This document shows positions 55,611 through 64,000 of a DNA stretch of 64,000 nt, piece by piece. Made by a program: the position numbers and the translations under genes. Position 1 is the stretch's first letter. Every line of letters starts with the position of its first letter. Source of the DNA: Eledone cirrhosa. Its lineage: Eukaryota. A model generated the notes under the pieces. The model did no database searches. It was not told where the DNA came from and worked only from the letters and a program-made list of their open reading frames with translations. The stretch covers positions 56,916,001-56,980,000 of the forward strand of contig OZ024744.1 of assembly GCA_964016885.1 (NCBI GenBank), in the 5' to 3' direction.

Positions 55611-57748
55611 CCAGTTAGTCATTTTTTTCTTTAAAATGCCATTTTCAATTTCACATTTTTCACATTTTTTTAGCTGTTGATCAATCTGAGCTAGCTTGGC
55701 TTGAGTGAATGTTTGACATAAATGCAGCTGCCAACAGAATGTTAAGGAAATCACAGGCCTAGTAGCACCCTTAACCTTGAATAATAATAAAAAAAAAAAA
55801 TCTGCATTAAGCCGAGGCTCATCAGGCAAGAGCTTATCCAAGTTTCATTGGTGTTAAGTGACAGAGTACAAGACTCTTTCTAAAAGAGGCACAAGACCAA
55901 ACATTTAAGAGGACAAGGGGTCAGTCAGTTATATCCACCCTAGTATTTGACTGACTACAACTTAATTTTATATACCCCAGAAGGAAAAAATAAGTTAACC
56001 ATTAAAGTCTGTTCACACTCAGAAGCTTCATCAGACCTGAGCTTATCCTGGTTTCACTGGTGTTAAGTGACAGAGTAGAAAACATGCTTTTCCCCAAGAT
56101 GGGACACTAATCCAGCACATGCTTAACCCCCAGCTGCTGCTGATACATACTTTCAGCTGAGTGGACTGGAGCAAAATAAAATGAAGTGTTTTGCTCAAAT
56201 TGAACCCCACGACATTGATCCCGTATCCAACACTCTAGCTATTAGGCCCTTGACACTGAGATATACAAAACGACTAGCTGGTTGTTGTTGCTGCTTGACA
56301 GATTTTGATGTTACATGTTGAAGCAGGTTGTGATAGGAACTCTTTAGCTTGCATGTATTGTAGTAAAGCAGTTTGTGAGATATTAAACACTTGTAGCAAC
56401 TCCTCTGGGAGAATGCTCATCACATGATCTGATCTGTTCTCTTGACGATCTTGTTGGTTCTAACTTCCAGATACTTTGGGATAAAGAGTGAAATTGATTT
56501 GCCTCCTAACACATACCAAGCATGGCCAATACAATTAGCATTCTTTATTATTATTGGTAGTGTTTTCTTTTTTTAATTAAATACTGCAAACATCTTTTTT
56601 TAAATAGTGTAACCACTATACAAGAGTTCAGCTACTAAGTTTTTTTTCTTCATACATAGAAGACTGTTTTATACAGATCAACAGATTTTAGTTGACTCTG
56701 GATATGTTGAAATCATTGGATAATAAGATGAGAACAACATGATCAAATACTAAATATCGGTCATCACAAACTTGTTATTCTATACTTTTTGATTAACCAT
56801 AAAGCAGAGACTTCACAGAATAAGATTTTCTCTATTTTACCGAGAAATTCTAACTAAACAGTTAAAACAACAGCACAATGGGTGGATAATGTAAAACTGT
56901 AGTAAATTATAAATATATTTCTATGTAATATTTCCCTTTTGTGTACTTAAAACAATAAAAAAAAAAAAAACCAACACTACTGAGTAGATAGTTTCATGAA
57001 TTTATATATATGTGCGTGCGTACGTGTATGTGTTCTAAATTTAATATTGTTATTTAAACTTTCTTTAAAAATGATATAAAGACATTTGTTAAGAATATCT
57101 TCATGCAGGAGGTGCTTTCTTCTACCAACAGTTGTTACCAGCAAATAGTATCAGCAATGGAAAGACCGATGTAGCATTGTCATCTTAGTCTAAGCTGATA
57201 ACCAGTTCTTTTCCTCTTCTTTGATTCAATAGCATTTTTAGTTTTAATTAAAACATATTTAAATATCTGTATCTAAATATTTTAAATATATATATGCAAA
57301 TATATCATAGCTGTATTCCAGGCAAACTATGAACATACACTACAATATTATTGAATAGATTCTCTACAAAATATAATCTGCTAAATGATTGTGCAAAAAA
57401 TTGCAATGTCTATCCCAATATAAATCAGTATTTCTAGCTTTCCCCAAATTGTTTTAAAAAACTGTATTACAAAAAGTTCTAATTGGACTTTCATTTTAAG
57501 CTGAAGTAAAAATGTTTACACAACATAGAAACACATTAATTAGTTATAACAGTAAGTAAAAACAAGGGGAAATAATTAGAACAGATAACAAAAATAGGAG
57601 CCAATATCTCTTGTAGAATCTTTTTTTTTTCCTTCTCTGATTTTTTTAACTATTGAAATTTAACTAAGCTCCTTGTAGAGGACTAGCCACAAAACTAACA
57701 TACCTATCAATCATAAAATTTTAATATGCTAAATTTATATACACATAG

Positions 57749-57793
<45 letters not shown>

Positions 57794-59218
57794 GAGAAAT
57801 TACATTTTATAGCTACCCACCCACCTTCAAAATGTTATCAAGTTTTATGAATTTCCAATAAGAAATAGATTGAATCCTATCTATAGACATAGCTGTGTAT
57901 CAAAAGAGATATATTATCCTGAAGTCAAAACATTTAAAAACATTTTTTCATGAAATTAAAAAAATATAAAAAAATATATATTTAATAAATAAACAAACAA
58001 ACAAATAAATAAATGAATAATAATAATAACACTGTTGAGCAAGAGTTGCCAGCCAAAGAGTTAATTTCTAAACATTTAACAACATGCACAAACAATGTAT
58101 CAATCCTTTGTTGGAAGGGTACATGCATAAGGAAAGGGTAAAAATAATCAAATACAAGAACCATCCTAAAGAAATGTTGAATATGAGTACAGAGTCTTCA
58201 GTGATTTCCAGGGCAACAGATTCAAGCAAAAATGGGAGGGGAGGGGGTTAAATTAGAAGATAGGAAAGTAAATTCAGATAGGTAGAGATTAGAGTAGATG
58301 ATGAAGAGCAGGAATCATGGAAATGGTAGAAAAGTAGGAAAGTAAAAGCAGCTTGCTCATAAAAAAATTACTTAGACTAATAAGATTTTAAACGGATAAG
58401 AAAATTTTGAAAGAAAAAAAAAGGTAATGGAAAAATAATCTATCAAGAGAAGCTCAATTTAGGGTTTAATTTCTAGGTATAATTAGAAGCTTTGTGTTAG
58501 GGAAACAGATATTAGAGCAATACAATTTTGTTAAAAAATAAATATGGGTTAGTAATCTTTCTAAAAATATGCAGTAATTCTTTGGTTAAAAAATGAATAA
58601 TTAATAAAGGAGAAAAAATTTGAGGTTGTTAAAAAATAATAATTACATTTTTAAAAAAAAATTAAATTAAATGGACAGGTTAATAAAAAATAAAGCCAGC
58701 AGGAAACATATCAAAGCAGATTTGGATTTATTAACAAGAATAGCCTGCCTGTACACCACAGATTAATCCATTAGGTTATGAAGCCCTGCCACTGGCAAGT
58801 CACTAAAGACAATGAAAAAAACAAAAAAACAATCTAGGATACATTCCAACAGGCCCGTCATAAAAGTATTTATAAAAAGAGACAAAATAATAATAGCAGG
58901 AGCAACATATAGTCACTGGGTTTTAGGGGTTTTTTAAACTTTTTTTTTTAAGCAAAAGAAACTCACAGGAAAGCAAGTTTATAATTGCCACAAATTAAAT
59001 TTTCAAAAGAATATTTCCTGAAAGCACAAAAAAAAAAAAGAAGCAAAATTAAAGAAAAAAAGGCAGTGATAGTTTTAATGATGGCAGCTGACTACTAAGT
59101 AAGCAACAACCATATAAGGATGATCATTTATATGGGGAAACACTAACAGTATTAACTACTTCCTCCTTCAATGACATCTATGTTGGAATGTCTCCAAATT
59201 TTCTGTACTCATACTCAC

Positions 59219-59416
59219 CCCATCCCCTGGCCAATGCATAATGATACTCACTACATCACCACCATCACCACTTCTCTCATATGAGACACTATCCGTTGAG
59301 TTTCGACGATTACGATCTCTGCTCTGAGAGCGTTTCTTGTCTTTTGGGGACTGGCCCTTAGAATAGTCACTGCATAGAACTTCACTTATTTTGGGCTGCC
59401 TGACTCCATCCACACT
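59219..59416 (-). CDS. KLC: Kinesin light chain exon (SVDGVRQPK...HWPGDG); alternative donor after 59252 or read-through to stop at 59168
   Basis: TTTTCTGTTAG acceptor, GGG|GTGAGT donor, 198 nt, phase 0; WPGDG|SGKLKRSG parallels vertebrate WNGDGTGSLKRSG; upstream TPR exons not seen in the window. Confidence 0.85.
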
Positions 59417-59607
59417 CTAACAGAAAACCAAAGAAATGCCAATAAAAAAAAAATAAAGAAGAAAAAGAAACGTGTGGGCAGAGGGTAAGGATATTTCAGA
59501 GTCAGTTGTACAATGATGATTTCACACTGGCCCACACAACTGTGCATATATACTAACAGGACTATGGTAATTAATATATAGATGTGTGTGTGTGTGTGTG
59601 TGTGTGG

Positions 59608-59663
<56 letters not shown>

Positions 59664-59898
59664 TATGTATATACATATAAATGTGTATATACACATATAT
59701 ATATATACACATATACATGTGTGTGTGTATACACATACATGTATGTGTGTGTGTGTATATATACATATATATATACATATATATATATACATATTTATAT
59801 ATATACATACATATACATATATATATACATATGTATATATATACATATTTATATATATACATACATATATATATATATATATATACATATGTATATAT

Positions 59899-60506
59899 AT
59901 GGTGGCTGCCAACTCGTTTTCGAGTACGGCCACTACTTTATATCCATGTAGGAGAACCCCTACCGATGCGCTGAACGAATGTGACTTTAGTCCAGCCAGC
60001 GACTTGAAAACTCTGGTACAAAGACTACACTTGTGACCATTATTGACACATAGTGCAGGGCCCATGGTACCATGTGATGACAAGTGCAGAGAGATCTCCA
60101 GATATAAAGCAATGCCTGTGCTGTGAAGCTTTTATAGTGAGCAAAGGCACTGCACAAAGCCAGTCCCACTCTCTTAACCAAGATGATATTTACCAAAAAG
60201 AAGAACAGGTCAACATCATTGGATACCATCAGGATTGCAGGTGTTATATCAGAGTTTTCCTTCTCCTAGAATTCTGCCTTGACAAAGGCTAAGGGGTCAT
60301 CTCTCCCGGTGATTTTGGATGGCTATTGACTCTTAAGAGCTCCCTTGCCCTTTGACAGGTTTTGTTTTTAGTCCTGCAGGATGTCCAAAGTCACCCTCCT
60401 CACCAAGAAACCTTGGTGGGGTTGCCAGTTTAGTCGCCAACGACCCGACCATGAGACAGGTTGTACTGGGATACATGTTACCAGTAGCACCAACTGGTGA
60501 CCTGAC
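59899..60506 (-). mobile_element. Short LINE-derived element, copy 1
   Basis: C2H2-like remnant [19 protein letters not shown] near the 3' end, (AT)n tail; close copy at 61141-61690. Confidence 0.65.
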
Positions 60507-60754
60507 ATATATATACATATGTATATACATGTATATATATACATATGTATATACATACATATTTATATATATACATACATACATACATACATATATATAT
60601 ATATATACATACATACATACATACATATACATATTTATTTATATATATATACATATTTATATATATATATATATACATATACATATTTATATATATATAT
60701 ACATATACATATACATACATATATATATCTATACATATACATACATATATATAT

Positions 60755-61028
60755 CTATCTATCTATCTAAAGCGGGTAAAATTCCCGAGATCCATGGACG
60801 AGTTCTCTCCAGCGGTCTCTGTCCCTCATTATCGCTGCCATATCTTGCATCTCCAACAGACCAGTGTCTGTCCTTAGGGCATCAACATATGTTAACCTTG
60901 GTCTTCCTCTTCTAGTGTGTCCATGTAGGGGCTCCCAAAGGAGCACTGAGTGCAATGTCAACTCTGGATGTCGGTGAGCATGTCCAGCCAACCTCAGTCT
61001 CCTCTGTGTCACTTTTGAGCTGACTTTT

Positions 61029-61032
<4 letters not shown>
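60755..61032 (-). mobile_element. RTE/RTE-X LINE 3' fragment
   Basis: RRLRLAGH..R...RRGRPRLTY...DRDRWR motif, (GATA)n tail. Confidence 0.85.
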
Positions 61033-61080
<48 letters not shown>

Positions 61081-61107
61081 TATATATATATATATATATA
61101 TACATAG

Positions 61108-61140
<33 letters not shown>

Positions 61141-61688
61141 CATGGTGGCTGCCAACTCGTTTTCGAGTATGGCCACTACTTTATATCCATGTAGGAGAAC
61201 TCCTACCGATGCGCTGAACGAGTGTGACTTTTTAGTCCAGCCAGCGACTTGAAAACTCTGGTACACTTGTGACAATTATTGACACACAGCGCTGGGCCCA
61301 TGGTACCATGTGATGACAAATGCAGAGAGATCTCCAGATATAAAGCAATGCCTGTGCCGTGAAGCTTTTATAGTGAGCAAAGGCACTGCACAAAGCCAGT
61401 CCCACTCTCTTAACCAAGATGATATTTACCAAAAAGAAGAACAAGTCAACATCATTGGATACCATCAGAGTTGCAGGTGTTATATCAGAGTTTTCCTTCT
61501 CCTAGAATTCTGCCTTGACAAAGGCTAAGGGGTCATCTCTCCCGCTGATTTTGGATGGCCACTGACTCTTAAGAGCTCCTTTGCCCTTTGACAGGTTTTG
61601 TTTTTAGTCCTGCAGGATGTCCAAAGTCACCCTCCTCACCAAGAAACCTTGGTGGGGTTGCCAGTTTAGTCGCCAACGACCCGACCAT

Positions 61689-61690
<2 letters not shown>
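61141..61690 (-). mobile_element. Short LINE-derived element, copy 2
   Basis: Highly similar to 59899-60452. Confidence 0.65.
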
Positions 61691-61724
<34 letters not shown>

Positions 61725-61880
61725 TATATATATATATATATATACATAGATATACATATATATATATATATATATATACATAGATATACATATATATATA
61801 CATATATATATACATAGATATACATATATATATACATACATACATACATACATACATACATACATACATACATACATACA

Positions 61881-61916
<36 letters not shown>

Positions 61917-61917
61917 C

Positions 61918-62032
<115 letters not shown>

Positions 62033-62185
62033 GATATATATATGTATACATATACATACATATATATATATATACATACATATATACACGTATACATATA
62101 CATACATATATATATATATATACATACATATATATACATATACATACATATATATACATATACATACATATATATATATGTATAT

Positions 62186-62430
62186 GGAGGTGCCACGGCA
62201 AAAAAGCACCCAGCCCACACTGTAAAGTGGACGTGTAGGCGCCACGAAAAAGCACCCAGCACTCACTGTAAATGAGGTTGGTGTTAGGAAGGGCATCCAG
62301 CTGTAGAAATCAAGCCAGATCAGTTCCTGTATGAGCAAGGCATGGTCAGCCGACCAGACACTGCCCACAACAGGACAACCCGTCTAACCCATGCTAGCGT
62401 GGAAGAACGTACGTAAAACGGTGATGATGA
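62186..62430 (+). mobile_element. RTE-related SINE body / non-autonomous element
   Basis: Family-A body motif plus RTE-type 3' end and (TGA)n tail. Confidence 0.75.
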
Positions 62431-62490
62431 TATATATGTATACATATACATATATACATACACATACATACATATATATATATATATGTA

Positions 62491-62521
<31 letters not shown>

Positions 62522-62591
62522 ATATGTATACATATACATATATACATACACATACATATATATATATATATGTATACATATACATATACAC

Positions 62592-62622
<31 letters not shown>

Positions 62623-62677
62623 TATACACATATATATATATATACACATATATATATATATACACATATATATACAC

Positions 62678-64000
62678 ATCATCATCAACGTTTAACGTCC
62701 GTGTTCCACGCTTGCATGGGTTTGGACGGGCGTAGTCCCACTTGAGGCAAGAGTGATTGTCTTGCTCGCATAGGACTGTCTGGCAGGTTTTCTACAGTTG
62801 GATGCCCTTCCTAACACCAACCACATTTACAGTGTGGGTCTGGGAGGTTTTTACCGTGTTGCCTACACGGCCACATTACAGCGTGGACTGTGTGTTTTTT
62901 TGTCGTGACACCTACACGATCTCATTTGTTTCGGCCTCGATGGCGCGGCACCAACATAACTTTACATAGAACGGGGTGGTGTGGATGGGGTGGGGTTGGT
63001 GGTGGTGGGACGGGGTGTATTTTGTTAGAGATGCCTACTGGCTGGAGTAGGTTTTACTATATATTTAGGTAAGGCGGGTCTTCTCTGTTACTGAGTACCG
63101 CCAAAGGTCTCGGTCCAGTGACATTGTCTTGGAGAGGTGTAAGTGTGTGATGTCGGAGTTTATCAGCTCGTCCCAGGTTTTTCTAGGTCTGCCTATTCCG
63201 TGACTACCGTCTATCTTTATTGCCCTGCACTTTGTTATACAGCTATCGACTTTCATGCGCATCACGTGTCCATACCAACGTAGCCTTCTCTCGAGTAAAC
63301 AACATCTGATCCCTCTTATCTCTAATTTTTTCCTTAGTTCGTTTATGCTTTGCCGTTCACGTATATTACTGTTACACATCCAGCGGAGCATGCAAGCTTC
63401 GTTCCTCTCTAGTCTGCGTATATCCTCTGCACACAATGCCCAGGTCTCACTGCCATGCAGCATTGCTGTTCGTATGCAGGCATGGTACAACCTGCCTTTC
63501 ATTTTTAGGGAGAACCCTTTAGCAGCTAATAGTGGTATAAGCTCTCTGAACTTTTTCCAACCAGTTCTGACTCTAGCTACAGTACTTTCAGAGCACCCTC
63601 CCCCACTGCTGATTTTATCGCCCAGGTAACGGAAGCTGTCCACTATTTCTATAGAACCCTCTGCGCAATTGAAAGAGCTAGTAGCTTGTGGGCACTTGCT
63701 GCTACTTATTGCACCAGAGCACCGGCCACATGTAAAATCTATGTTCTTAGTTAGCTTACCTGTGATCCCACTACATCTTTTATGCACCCATACTTTGCAT
63801 TTAGGACATAAAATGGAGTTTCTACCTACGCCTTTCCTACACACCGAGCACGACCATTTCCCAGAAGGGAACGCCGCCTTGTTTTCTTTCCTACAAACTA
63901 GTACTTTGGTCTTAGCCAGATTAATTTTAAGTCCTTTTGACTCTAGGCCGTGCTTCCATGTTTGGAATTTCTTCTCTAGCTCGGCCATTGATTCCGCTAT
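62678..64000 (-). mobile_element. RTE LINE 3' part with open C-terminal ORF (63065..>63988) and probable 3' UTR
   Basis: GLKINLAKTK, intact C4HC3 finger, FRYLG, MLHGSETW, RRLRWYGHVMR, GRPRKTW; (TGA)n tail at 62678. Confidence 0.93.

Overview
AT-rich, microsatellite-laden animal genomic DNA; a coleoid cephalopod (octopus-like) is inferred from the repeat landscape and protein similarity, not proven. The right half holds the last four coding exons of a minus-strand kinesin light chain (KLC) gene (59416-59219, 48519-48398, 34351-34294, 32365-32285), probably followed by a long 3' UTR. The rest is mobile DNA: RTE LINEs with a PHD-type finger, two tRNA-derived SINE families (one sharing both ends of the RTE), Helitrons, Penelope-like GIY-YIG elements with several type I hammerhead ribozyme motifs, and MITEs. 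The most unusual region is 13.3-25.1 kb, a palindrome-rich 46/49-bp satellite with three insertions. (1) A CRE-clade RT/restriction-like-endonuclease retroelement with an N-terminal PHD finger sits at the pseudo-palindrome GGTACTAGTTCC and has six near-identical inverted satellite units at its 5' end. (2) A tRNA-Trp-primed LTR element sits at the same motif (TSD CTAG). (3) A solo LTR. Most short ORFs in the track are microsatellite or antisense artefacts.
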